Shown in pieces: positions 30,137-38,482 of a stretch of 64,000 nucleotides of DNA. A program made the translations under genes and the position numbers. Source of the DNA: Methanolobus sp. (GTDB lineage Archaea > Halobacteriota > Methanosarcinia > Methanosarcinales > Methanosarcinaceae). The notes beneath the pieces were generated by a model. That model ran no database searches, was not told the DNA's origin, and worked only from the letters and a program-made list of their open reading frames with translations. Location: the NCBI RefSeq assembly GCF_016278365.1, contig NZ_JADQBZ010000011.1, forward strand, positions 78,469-142,468, read 5' to 3'. Position 1 is the stretch's first letter. Each line of letters opens with the position of its first letter.

Positions 30137-30622
30137 ATGACAACTGAAAGAACTGAAGATTACCTGAAAGCCATAGAAAAAGTTGTGGAGAGAAAAGGTT
30201 ATGCCCAGGTAAAAGATGTTTCACGGGAACTGGAGCTCAGTTCACCAAGTGTTACCGGGATGTTCAAAAAACTTACCAAGCTAGGATACATCAACTATGA
30301 GAAATATGGCGGTGTCACACTTACCGAAGAAGGAGAGAGAATCGCCAAATGCACCATGGAGAAACACGGTGTCATCAGGGACTTCCTCTTACTACTTGGA
30401 CTTGACGAGGAAAATGCCAATCTTGACGCATGCAAAATAGAGCATGTACTTGCACCCGAAACATTTGAGATCCTGACAAAGTTCGTCGAGTTCATTGATA
30501 TGAGAAGTGAATGGCCATACTGGCTGGACCACTTCAGGCACTTTTACACTACAGGCGAATACATTGATTGCAAGCCTTCCCAGAAAGAAGATTGCCCGAT
30601 ACACAAGAATAATAAAAAGTAA
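30137..30622 (+). CDS. DtxR/MntR-family metal-dependent transcriptional repressor
   Basis: It begins TEDYLKAIEKVVERKGYAQVKDVSRELELSSPSVTGMFKKL (wHTH). Metal-site residues follow in the dimerisation domain. The C-terminal tail is Cys/His-containing (CKPSQKEDCPIH). Confidence 0.85.
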   Translation: MTTERTEDYLKAIEKVVERKGYAQVKDVSRELELSSPSVTGMFKKLTKLGYINYEKYGGVTLTEEGERIAKCTMEKHGVIRDFLLLLGLDEENANLDACKIEHVLAPETFEILTKFVEFIDMRSEWPYWLDHFRHFYTTGEYIDCKPSQKEDCPIHKNNKK

Positions 30623-30726
30623 GTATTAACTGCAAAGTGTATCAATAATGCATTGAAGGCTATGTTACTGACAGTTGCAAAGAGTGCACAGTCGATTCAT
30701 TCCGGTTGTTTTGCATGCAGAAACAT

Positions 30727-30742
30727 ATTAGCTATCGCGATA
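30727..30742. promoter_or_regulatory. candidate operator upstream of feoA (ATTAGCTAT overlapping the perfect palindrome TATCGCGATA)
   Basis: The 10-bp perfect palindrome spans 30733-30742. It abuts a TATA-like CTATATATC about 60 nt upstream of the feoA ATG. The reverse complement of ATTAGCTAT (ATAGCTAAT) recurs at 30108-30116 upstream of the dtxR-like gene. Confidence 0.35.
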
Positions 30743-30807
30743 TTGCTATATATCAAAAGTAGGATTACCGTATCAGAGATTTTGATAGTAAGAAGGAACT
30801 GCTTAAA

Positions 30808-31044
30808 ATGTCCGAGATCACGCTTGACACGCTTAAACCGGGAGACATGGCAAGGATAACCAAAGTACGTGTAAAAGGTCCTGCCAGAAGGAAGCTGTTA
30901 GATATGGGGATGGTCGCGGGTTCAGAAGTGGAACTTGTAAGAAAAGCACCATTAGGAGACCCGATAGAGTTCCAGATAAAAGGATATCATCTGTCGATAA
31001 GGAAAGAAGAAGCAAGCCAGATATTTGTCCAGAAGATAGAATAA
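30808..31044 (+). CDS. feoA: FeoA-family ferrous iron transport protein
   Basis: A 78-aa SH3-like protein containing LKPGDMARITKV...RRKLLDMGMVAGSEVELVRKAPLGDPIEF. Confidence 0.9.
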   Translation: MSEITLDTLKPGDMARITKVRVKGPARRKLLDMGMVAGSEVELVRKAPLGDPIEFQIKGYHLSIRKEEASQIFVQKIE

Positions 31045-31103
31045 AGAAACGGCCTTCAATATAAGACTTGCATATCGTATTTACATTAATGAGTGAGGAA
31101 CCT

Positions 31104-33101
31104 ATGGGAAACACGAAGATCAGAGTTGCTCTTGCAGGCAACCCAAATGTGGGAAAGACCACATTGTTCAACGCAATAACCGGGTCCCGACAACATGTGG
31201 GCAACTGGCCCGGTGTTACGGTTGAGAAGAAAACCGGAGTGAAGACCTACAGGGGATACGACATAGAGATCACCGACCTCCCTGGCACCTACAGCCTCAC
31301 AGCATACTCAATGGATGAGATAGTTGCAAGAGATTATATTATAGAAGAAAAACCGGACATTGTTATCCAGATAGTCGACGCTTCGAACCTTGAGAGAAAC
31401 CTCTACCTTACAACACAGTTAATGGAGCTTGAAACAGAGATGATCATAGCCCTTAACATGTGTGATCTCGCTCTGGAAAGAGGTGATAAGCTCTATATCG
31501 ACAGGATGCAGGAAATCCTGGCAGCTCCTATCGTGCAGACTGTAGCAAGCCGTGATATCGGCATCGATGAGCTTCTCGACAGAGTTATCGAGCAGAAACA
31601 GGATGATAAGTACCACGGACGTGAGATTGGTTACGGCGACGTTATTGAGAGCAAGGTCCTTGAAATAGAGAAAATCCTGCTGACAGACCCAAGTCTCCAA
31701 AAGAAGTACCCTCTGCGCTGGATGAGTATAAGATTGCTTGAAGGGGACGGCAATGTTAAGGCAAAGGTGGAGAAAAGCCCGGTGTCAAAGGCCATCAATC
31801 AATTGCTTGCTTCTATTGACCAGGAAGAGTATGAGGCGGAGATAGCAGACAAAAGATATGTTGCCATCAATGCTATTTTTCCGCAGATATGCACCAGATG
31901 TAATGTCAGGCTGACAAAATCAGACATGATCGACCGAGTCCTGACAAACAAATACTTAGGAATACCAATATTCCTGGCCCTGATGTGGGGTGCTTTTGAA
32001 CTTACCTTTGCATTCGCCACACCTTTCACCGACATGATAGAAAGGGTCTTTGTATGGCTGGCGGTCAATGTAAGCTCCGGCCTGGAGCCGCAATGGCTGG
32101 CCTCCCTGATAGGGGATGGTATCATCGGTGGAGTCGGAGCTGTGCTTACATTCGTTCCGAACATATTCATTTTGTTCTTTCTCCTGTCCCTGCTCGAAGG
32201 TAGCGGATATCTTGCCAGAGCAGCATTCATAATGGACAGGCTCATGTATAAGATAGGCATGCATGGAAAATCATTTATCCCATTGCTCATGGGATTCGGG
32301 TGCAATGTCCCTGCCATCATGGCCGCGCGCAGTATAGAGGATGAGAAGGACAGGCTTATTACTATATTAGTAGTGCCATTCGTATCCTGCGGAGCAAGGC
32401 TTCCGATATATATACTTCTGGCCGGGGCATTCTTTGGAAGACAAGCAGGAACCGTTGTGTTCTTCATGTATGTTCTTGGCATAGTTGTGGCAGTCATATC
32501 TGCCAAACTCCTCAGATCAACGATCGTGAAAGGTAAGCCTGCACCATTCATCATGGAAATGCCACCTTACCGCGTGCCTACGCTCAGGACGAGCATTGTG
32601 CACATGTGGGATAACGGGGCGATGTACATCAAAAAAGCAGGAACCATCATACTGCTTGGCGTAGTAATAATATGGTCCCTCGCGTCGTTCCCATGGGGAA
32701 TAGAATATGGGAGTGAAGGAAGTTACGTAGGCATGATAGGTCACTTCTTTGCACCCCTACTTGAGCCCCTCGGTTTTGACTGGAAGATGACCGTAGCCCT
32801 TGTGTTTGGTTTAGTGGCAAAGGAAATAGTTGTGGCATCAATGGGAGTGCTATACGGAGTAGGAGACAACCCTGCAGCTCTGACCACAAGCCTGATCGCT
32901 GACCCATCCATAACCGCCCTTAGTGCACTCAGTCTCATGGTATTCAGTCTGCTGTATATGCCATGTGTGGCAACCCTGGGAGTTATTAAAAAAGAGACCG
33001 GCTCCTGGAAATGGGCGATTTTTGCCCTTATTTACGGGATTGTAGTTGCATGGCTAATAGCTTTCCTGGTATACCAGGGAGGAAAACTGCTTGGATACTG
33101 A
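31104..33101 (+). CDS. feoB: ferrous iron transporter FeoB
   Basis: It has an N-terminal G domain (GNPNVGKTTLFN, DLPGTYS, NMCD) and a polytopic membrane domain. The start was trimmed to the ATG at 31104. Confidence 0.95.
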   Translation: MGNTKIRVALAGNPNVGKTTLFNAITGSRQHVGNWPGVTVEKKTGVKTYRGYDIEITDLPGTYSLTAYSMDEIVARDYIIEEKPDIVIQIVDASNLERNLYLTTQLMELETEMIIALNMCDLALERGDKLYIDRMQEILAAPIVQTVASRDIGIDELLDRVIEQKQDDKYHGREIGYGDVIESKVLEIEKILLTDPSLQKKYPLRWMSIRLLEGDGNVKAKVEKSPVSKAINQLLASIDQEEYEAEIADKRYVAINAIFPQICTRCNVRLTKSDMIDRVLTNKYLGIPIFLALMWGAFELTFAFATPFTDMIERVFVWLAVNVSSGLEPQWLASLIGDGIIGGVGAVLTFVPNIFILFFLLSLLEGSGYLARAAFIMDRLMYKIGMHGKSFIPLLMGFGCNVPAIMAARSIEDEKDRLITILVVPFVSCGARLPIYILLAGAFFGRQAGTVVFFMYVLGIVVAVISAKLLRSTIVKGKPAPFIMEMPPYRVPTLRTSIVHMWDNGAMYIKKAGTIILLGVVIIWSLASFPWGIEYGSEGSYVGMIGHFFAPLLEPLGFDWKMTVALVFGLVAKEIVVASMGVLYGVGDNPAALTTSLIADPSITALSALSLMVFSLLYMPCVATLGVIKKETGSWKWAIFALIYGIVVAWLIAFLVYQGGKLLGY

Positions 33102-33115
33102 ACAGAGGTTATAAG

Positions 33116-33583
33116 ATGAGCACTACAGACAAAATGCTGTTCGCCCTTATTATGGGATGTAGCTACATCCTTATTGGAATGGTCCAGTTGATAACAGGCG
33201 CCTTAAAAGCCCTGTCAGAAGCCAGCATGACAGAGTATGCAGGACATGTGATAGCAGACGGTCTGTTCATCCCGCCGGATATTATTGCAGGGATGATCCT
33301 CATGCTTATAGGATGCGTATTCCTGTATGGGGCATCAGAGATACACTCCGGAGTACACGAAGGAGTTGCATATGTTTATGTGGGAATCCTGCTTTCCCTT
33401 ATATTTGCAGGAATATATGTGCTTGCAGCGACAGGCGACTTGCTTGAGGCCCATCTGCTAAAGAATGAGGAGTATGCCGGCTGGTCGATCCTTGATGCAC
33501 TCAGGCCTGAGATATATCTGGGAGTGTTGTCGTTGCTCACATATCTTAAGTGGAAGGACAGCTTTGAAGTTGCAGAGAATTGA
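33116..33583 (+). CDS. uncharacterised 4-TM membrane protein inside the feo operon
   Basis: A 155-aa ORF that starts 14 nt after the feoB stop and ends 9 nt before the FeoC-like gene. It has four hydrophobic helices and no motif I recognise. Confidence 0.55.
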   Translation: MSTTDKMLFALIMGCSYILIGMVQLITGALKALSEASMTEYAGHVIADGLFIPPDIIAGMILMLIGCVFLYGASEIHSGVHEGVAYVYVGILLSLIFAGIYVLAATGDLLEAHLLKNEEYAGWSILDALRPEIYLGVLSLLTYLKWKDSFEVAEN

Positions 33584-33592
33584 GTTGATATA

Positions 33593-33871
33593 ATGCTTAA
33601 AGAGGTATTGAAAGGCCTTTACCTTGAGAACCTTTCATACGGAGAGGTTGCGCAACGGTTTAACATCAGCCCCGATACGCTGAAGGGAGTTATGCAGAAT
33701 ATGGAGCATATGGGCTACATCAGGGAGATTTGCGATGACGGCGAGCCAGCTGCCGGACAAGAGTGTTGCACCTGTCCTTCATCACCAGCGTGCCATAAAT
33801 GGAAGTCCTACCACAACGGTAAAAAGTATGTCCTGACTGAAAAAGGAGATAGGATGATCAGCAAGGAATGA
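33593..33871 (+). CDS. FeoC-like winged-helix protein with Cys-rich tail
   Basis: It has a wHTH-like region (LSYGEVAQRFNISPDTLKGVMQNMEHMGYIREI). A Cys cluster follows (CDDG...ECCTCPSSPACH). Confidence 0.6.
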   Translation: MLKEVLKGLYLENLSYGEVAQRFNISPDTLKGVMQNMEHMGYIREICDDGEPAAGQECCTCPSSPACHKWKSYHNGKKYVLTEKGDRMISKE

Positions 33872-33945
33872 TTATTTAGTTCTTACGCTGTTTCTCACAG
33901 GATACAAATCCAATTGACTTGAGATACGTGTTTTTATTCGATTAC

Positions 33946-34020
33946 TGTACTGCCATTTTTCATAAATAATATAAGTACTTCAATCAATTTAAATAGTACT
34001 GCCTTCAAACATCAGTACTG
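33946..34020. promoter_or_regulatory. array of (A/T)GTACT(G/T) motifs upstream of the ramA-like gene
   Basis: The copies are TGTACTG at 33946, AGTACTT at 33974, AGTACTG at 33995 and AGTACTG at 34014. All four fall within 75 bp, 70-145 nt upstream of the ATG at 34090. Confidence 0.35.
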
Positions 34021-34089
34021 TAGCATATACTTTTTAAGTTAGGACCTAATAGTAACTTACTAAATTTACAAAAAATTCAAGGGATACAC

Positions 34090-35712
34090 ATGAGAACAGG
34101 AGTTGCAATCGACCTAGGAACTAGTGGTATTAGAGCACAGAAGATAGACCTGGATAGCGGAGAAATAAAAAAGACAGTTATTACTCTTCGTAACCCGCTT
34201 CCGGGAGCTAATGTGATGGACCACCTTGACTTTGCTATTACATACGGACTGGAACTTGCTCACGGACTTCACGTGAATGCGGTAAGAAAGGTCATTGAGG
34301 CTTTGGGAATAGTGCCTGGAGAACTACAAAGAATGGCCATCTGTGGAAACCCGATACAGCTTTCCATATTCCAGGGAATCCCGATAGACGATCTTGCATA
34401 TGCAGGGGAAAGGAAAAAAGAGAAGCTCAACATTAAGGAATCTGACAGGAGTGCACGTGTTGTCAATTGTTCCGAGGTCACCGGGCTTGAGGTTTATCCA
34501 AATGCAAAACTCGTGGTACCGCCCGCCATCAGACATGAAGTTGGAGCAGACGCACTTGCGCTTATTATAAAGTCCGGCTTCCTCGATACCCAGGAAACTG
34601 CTATTGCCACGGACTATGGTACCAACGCAGAAATGGCACTTATACACAATGGGACCATCTATACAGGTTCCGCTGCCGCTGGTCCTGCACTTGAAGGGCA
34701 GCAGATAAAGCACGGTAAACTGGCATCACCGTTTGTCATCGCAGATGTGGAATTTGAGAACGGCAACCTGCGCAACTACGTGCTTGATGCTGAAATGAAT
34801 ACGATAAAGGCAAAGCTTGTAGACCCAAAGAACGGAGAAGTATTAGAGGACAGCGAGCTTACTGCAAAAGGCATAACAGGTACCGGAGTTATTGCTATAA
34901 TTGACGCCGGGATGAAGAACGGCATCATACAGCTTCCCAAGATAAACACGCCAGATCATATACTCTACCTGCAGGACAAGGTCAAGTTCTTTGAGAACGA
35001 TGTCCAGGAAGCAGGTCTTGCTATTGGCGCCATAAGAGCCGGCCACCTTGCATTATGCAATGCAGCCGGTATAGAAGTCAGTGAAGTAAAGAAAGCATAC
35101 ATGTCAGGAGCTGCAGGCACCTACATGGATGCAGTAAAAGCACACCAGATAGGCATGGTGCCCTACAATGTAGATGAAGTGATCCAGATAGGCAATACAT
35201 CACTCATTGTGGCAAGGGAGATCTTGCTCTCGGAAGAGAGGCTATGGGAACTTCAGGAAATCGCAAAGAAGATCCTAAGCAATCATATAATGTTTGCGAC
35301 CGACCAGGGATTCAAAGATGCATATATCCAGGAGATATCCTACTGGACAGAAGGTATGCCCTTTAAGATGCTGAAGAAATTCCTCAAGAAGAAAGGGCTC
35401 CCCCAGATAGACCTCCCGGAACACATCGCAAGGGTCGATAAACGCGTAGTCAGAGATATTCCGGTGCTTGGCGATGAAGGGCTTGAGGTGCTGGAAAAAG
35501 TAGGCACGTTCCTTACCATGAAAGTAGACTGCCCCGAGTGCAAGAAGTGTGCCAAGGTTTGCCCCACAGACGCACTCACTATCGATGACGAAGGTGTGGT
35601 CATGATAAGTTCAGACCTCTGCGACGGTGCAAACTGTAAAAGGTGCATCAATGCATGCCCGAAAGATAAATTCAAGTGGGAAAATCTAGAAGTGCTGGAA
35701 ATCCCAGCATGA
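34090..35712 (+). CDS. ramA: RamA-family corrinoid-protein reductive activase (ASKHA ATPase + C-terminal 2x[4Fe-4S] domain)
   Basis: A 540-aa ORF with the N-terminal motif AIDLGTSGIRAQ. C-terminal cluster motifs are CPECKKCAKVCP and CDGANCKRCINACP. This architecture matches Methanosarcina barkeri RamA (COG3894). Confidence 0.8.
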   Translation: MRTGVAIDLGTSGIRAQKIDLDSGEIKKTVITLRNPLPGANVMDHLDFAITYGLELAHGLHVNAVRKVIEALGIVPGELQRMAICGNPIQLSIFQGIPIDDLAYAGERKKEKLNIKESDRSARVVNCSEVTGLEVYPNAKLVVPPAIRHEVGADALALIIKSGFLDTQETAIATDYGTNAEMALIHNGTIYTGSAAAGPALEGQQIKHGKLASPFVIADVEFENGNLRNYVLDAEMNTIKAKLVDPKNGEVLEDSELTAKGITGTGVIAIIDAGMKNGIIQLPKINTPDHILYLQDKVKFFENDVQEAGLAIGAIRAGHLALCNAAGIEVSEVKKAYMSGAAGTYMDAVKAHQIGMVPYNVDEVIQIGNTSLIVAREILLSEERLWELQEIAKKILSNHIMFATDQGFKDAYIQEISYWTEGMPFKMLKKFLKKKGLPQIDLPEHIARVDKRVVRDIPVLGDEGLEVLEKVGTFLTMKVDCPECKKCAKVCPTDALTIDDEGVVMISSDLCDGANCKRCINACPKDKFKWENLEVLEIPA

Positions 35713-35741
35713 TCATTTTTTAGAGAAGGAGCATCATTTTT

Positions 35742-36833
35742 ATGAAAGTATTAGTAATTGGTGGTTTTCTAGGCAGCGGTAAAACCACCACCATTTTGAG
35801 ACTTGGACGGGACTTCAGCAATGCAGGAAAGAAAGTTGCTATTATAGTCAATGAAATAGGCGAGGTAGGGATTGATGGGGATGTGATATCCAAATACGGC
35901 CTCCAGACAACCGAGCTGACAAGCGGATGTATCTGCTGTTCATTGAAAGTGAACATGAAGACAACAATTAGCCTCCTGATCAGAGACTATAAGCCGGATA
36001 TATTGCTCATTGAACCTACAGGTATTGCTTTCCCCCAGATTATCAAGAATGAGATTAACCTCATGGACCTGAAGGACACCACTATCCAGCCACTTGTAAC
36101 GCTTATAGACGGAAGCAGGTTCAAGCAGTTGATGAAGGAAGTAAAACACTTCGCCATGAGGCAGATAATAGACGCAGAAGTATTAGGCATTAACAAACTT
36201 GACCTGATTGACAAGATACGGATTCCCATCATCGAAACTTCTGTCCACCAGTTGAACCCAAAAGCTAAAGTAGTTCCGCTTTCTGCCACATACGAAGACG
36301 AACACTGGCATGATTTTGTGAAATTGTTGTTTGGTGAAGGTGACGATGAGATGCTAAGAGAAAGAAGTCACGATGAACTGAAGACAGTCCTTCCGGGCAT
36401 CCAGATGGTAGATAAAGCGACTGGTAAGCCACTCGAATATGAGATGAATTCCATCAATGCTTCAGGGATCACCAGTTATGCTACCGAGTACAGCATAGGC
36501 GATATCTCCACAGATAATGCAAAGTCAGTTGTCCAGGACCTGATAGAAAATATCAAAGCCGAAGTTATAAAGTCCAGTCCGGAATTTGTAGGGCACATCA
36601 AACTGTTCATGGAATCAGAAACGGATACTGTGAAGGCAAATCTGACAGCATTTGATATGGATATTACGTATGAGCTCATCCCATCTGGAAATGAGCATAC
36701 CCGCAAACTAAAGATACTTTCAGCTGTATCCAACATCAAGCGTGAGAGACTGATCACTATTGTCAACAATGCCATTGAGGAACGGCTCAAAGGCGAAGGC
36801 ATCGGTTTCACACATAAATTAAATGCACATTGA
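35742..36833 (+). CDS. COG0523 (CobW/HypB/UreG-type) G3E GTPase metallochaperone with long C-terminal extension
   Basis: It has the P-loop GGFLGSGKTT, the CxCC motif GCICCS and INKLD (NKxD). At 363 aa, its C-terminal ~150 aa are acidic and show no motif I recognise. Confidence 0.8.
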   Translation: MKVLVIGGFLGSGKTTTILRLGRDFSNAGKKVAIIVNEIGEVGIDGDVISKYGLQTTELTSGCICCSLKVNMKTTISLLIRDYKPDILLIEPTGIAFPQIIKNEINLMDLKDTTIQPLVTLIDGSRFKQLMKEVKHFAMRQIIDAEVLGINKLDLIDKIRIPIIETSVHQLNPKAKVVPLSATYEDEHWHDFVKLLFGEGDDEMLRERSHDELKTVLPGIQMVDKATGKPLEYEMNSINASGITSYATEYSIGDISTDNAKSVVQDLIENIKAEVIKSSPEFVGHIKLFMESETDTVKANLTAFDMDITYELIPSGNEHTRKLKILSAVSNIKRERLITIVNNAIEERLKGEGIGFTHKLNAH

Positions 36834-37705
36834 AAAGCACTTCAAAGGTGCTTACCCATTCGTCATAACCCCGTAGATCTTAATCCTATCTATTCTGGGA
36901 AGTTCCACAGGTTATGATTTATTTTCATGTTGATTACTTGTGCAGTGCCTGAAATGGTTACATTATCGGGTAAAAGGCGCAAGCTGAAATCGTTACTATT
37001 TAAGTATAACGCACACATGACTCGAAGTGATTTGTATGAATCAGTGCAAAGAAACATACACACGTCCTAAAATGTCAACAAAGTAACACTTTTACTTAAA
37101 GCAAGCGGTAAACAAAAGATCAGAGCAATGCAACATAAATAGAAAAGTAATACTGTTTTAATTAAAGATGCTATTTACAAGGCAGAAAAATATGAAAAAG
37201 GCAAGAAAAATTGCAGTTTTCTAAGTAATATATATAATAAGTTAAAGCGCCCAAATAAAGTATTCTTGATATAAATCAATATTAGTTGATTCAATTGAAA
37301 GAGATATAAGAAGCTATCCCCTAAAATGCAGAACTGTATACATTTAATAAATAAGTGAATGCACGACTTCTAAAATATAATGACTCCGAAGGCCACTTTT
37401 TTGTCGAAAAAAATGTTATCAAGAGAGACATTAGAAAAATATATACCCGTGATTTATTCAAATAGTAATATAAATAATCAAAACCGCTAGGTTTATATAC
37501 AAACTTAGATTAAGTGGTTGTGTGGAAAGATGAAGTTGGCCACAGGCTGATAATCGCTGCAAAAGAATTGTGGAGATTCTTACGCGGCAAAGAGTGCCTG
37601 AGACCGGCTGAAATCCATCTGCTGCTCTGATCGTGAATGTTTTGAGCGATAGAGTAGCACAAAATTGATTGAAAGATCAATCTAGATACTAAGGAGGTAG
37701 AATAG
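36834..37705 (+). promoter_or_regulatory. 872-bp intergenic region: AT-rich upstream zone, TATA-like TTTATATA (37491-37498) and a GC-richer putative ~185-nt mtaCB leader
   Basis: No credible ORF is present. Composition switches abruptly from very AT-rich to coding-like near 37515. A strong SD (AAGGAGGT) lies at 37691-37698, before the mtaC ATG. Confidence 0.5.
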
Positions 37706-38467
37706 ATGGATATAGACCCAACCAAAATTTTAGTCAGGTACAATGTGCAGAAAGAGAAAGCACAGTCACCTGAACAGATGGCAACCGAAATGTTCCCAAA
37801 AGCAGAGCCTGCAAGATCAGTCGCTAAGGCTATATTTGAGGGAGAAGAGGACGACGTTATCGAGGCCCTGGAGAAGGCAATCGAGAATGGTGCAAACCCA
37901 ATAGCACTTATTGACGACGTACTCATGCCTGGAATGAAGATCGTAACCGACTTATATGACCAGGGTGTAATTTTCCTGCCAAACGTTATGATGGCAGCCG
38001 ATGCAATGCTCGAAGGTATCGAATATTGTAAAGAGACAGCAGGCACATCACCAAAGCCAAAGGGCACAGTTGTATGCCACGTAGCAGAAGGCGATGTACA
38101 CGACATAGGAAAGACAATCGTAGCAGCACTCCTCAGAGCTGCAGGATTCACAGTTGTCGACCTCGGCCGTGATGTCCCAGTCGATGAAGTCATTGCAGCT
38201 GTAAAGAAGGAGAGCCCAATGATGCTCACCGGTACAGCATTGATGACAACAACCATGTATGCATTCAAGGAAATAAACGACAGACTCCTCGAAGCAGGCA
38301 TAAAGATACCATTCCAGTGCGGTGGCGGAGCAGTCAATCAGGACTTCGTCGCATCCTACGAGCTTGGAATATATGGCGAAGAAGCTGCAGATGCACCAAA
38401 GATGGCAAGCGCAATACTGGCAGGCAAGGGCCTTGCACAGTTGAAGGATCAGTTCCACAAGCACTAA
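37706..38467 (+). CDS. mtaC: methanol corrinoid protein MtaC
   Basis: It has the B12-binding DxHxxG motif (GDVHDIGK), a Rossmann-like domain (MLTGTALMTTT) and an N-terminal helical cap. It is followed by mtaB. Confidence 0.9.
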   Translation: MDIDPTKILVRYNVQKEKAQSPEQMATEMFPKAEPARSVAKAIFEGEEDDVIEALEKAIENGANPIALIDDVLMPGMKIVTDLYDQGVIFLPNVMMAADAMLEGIEYCKETAGTSPKPKGTVVCHVAEGDVHDIGKTIVAALLRAAGFTVVDLGRDVPVDEVIAAVKKESPMMLTGTALMTTTMYAFKEINDRLLEAGIKIPFQCGGGAVNQDFVASYELGIYGEEAADAPKMASAILAGKGLAQLKDQFHKH

Positions 38468-38482
38468 GGAGAGGTGAAGCAA

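Noticed and set aside
31799-32554. A 251-aa minus-strand ORF inside feoB
   Set aside because: It is a shadow ORF opposite the FeoB membrane domain and has no independent support.
37510-38337. A 275-aa minus-strand ORF overlapping mtaC and its leader
   Set aside because: It is antisense to a strongly supported gene (MtaC, with its DxHxxG motif). Its translation is low-complexity and S/A/I/T-rich, as is typical of shadow ORFs. It has no start context and no motif.
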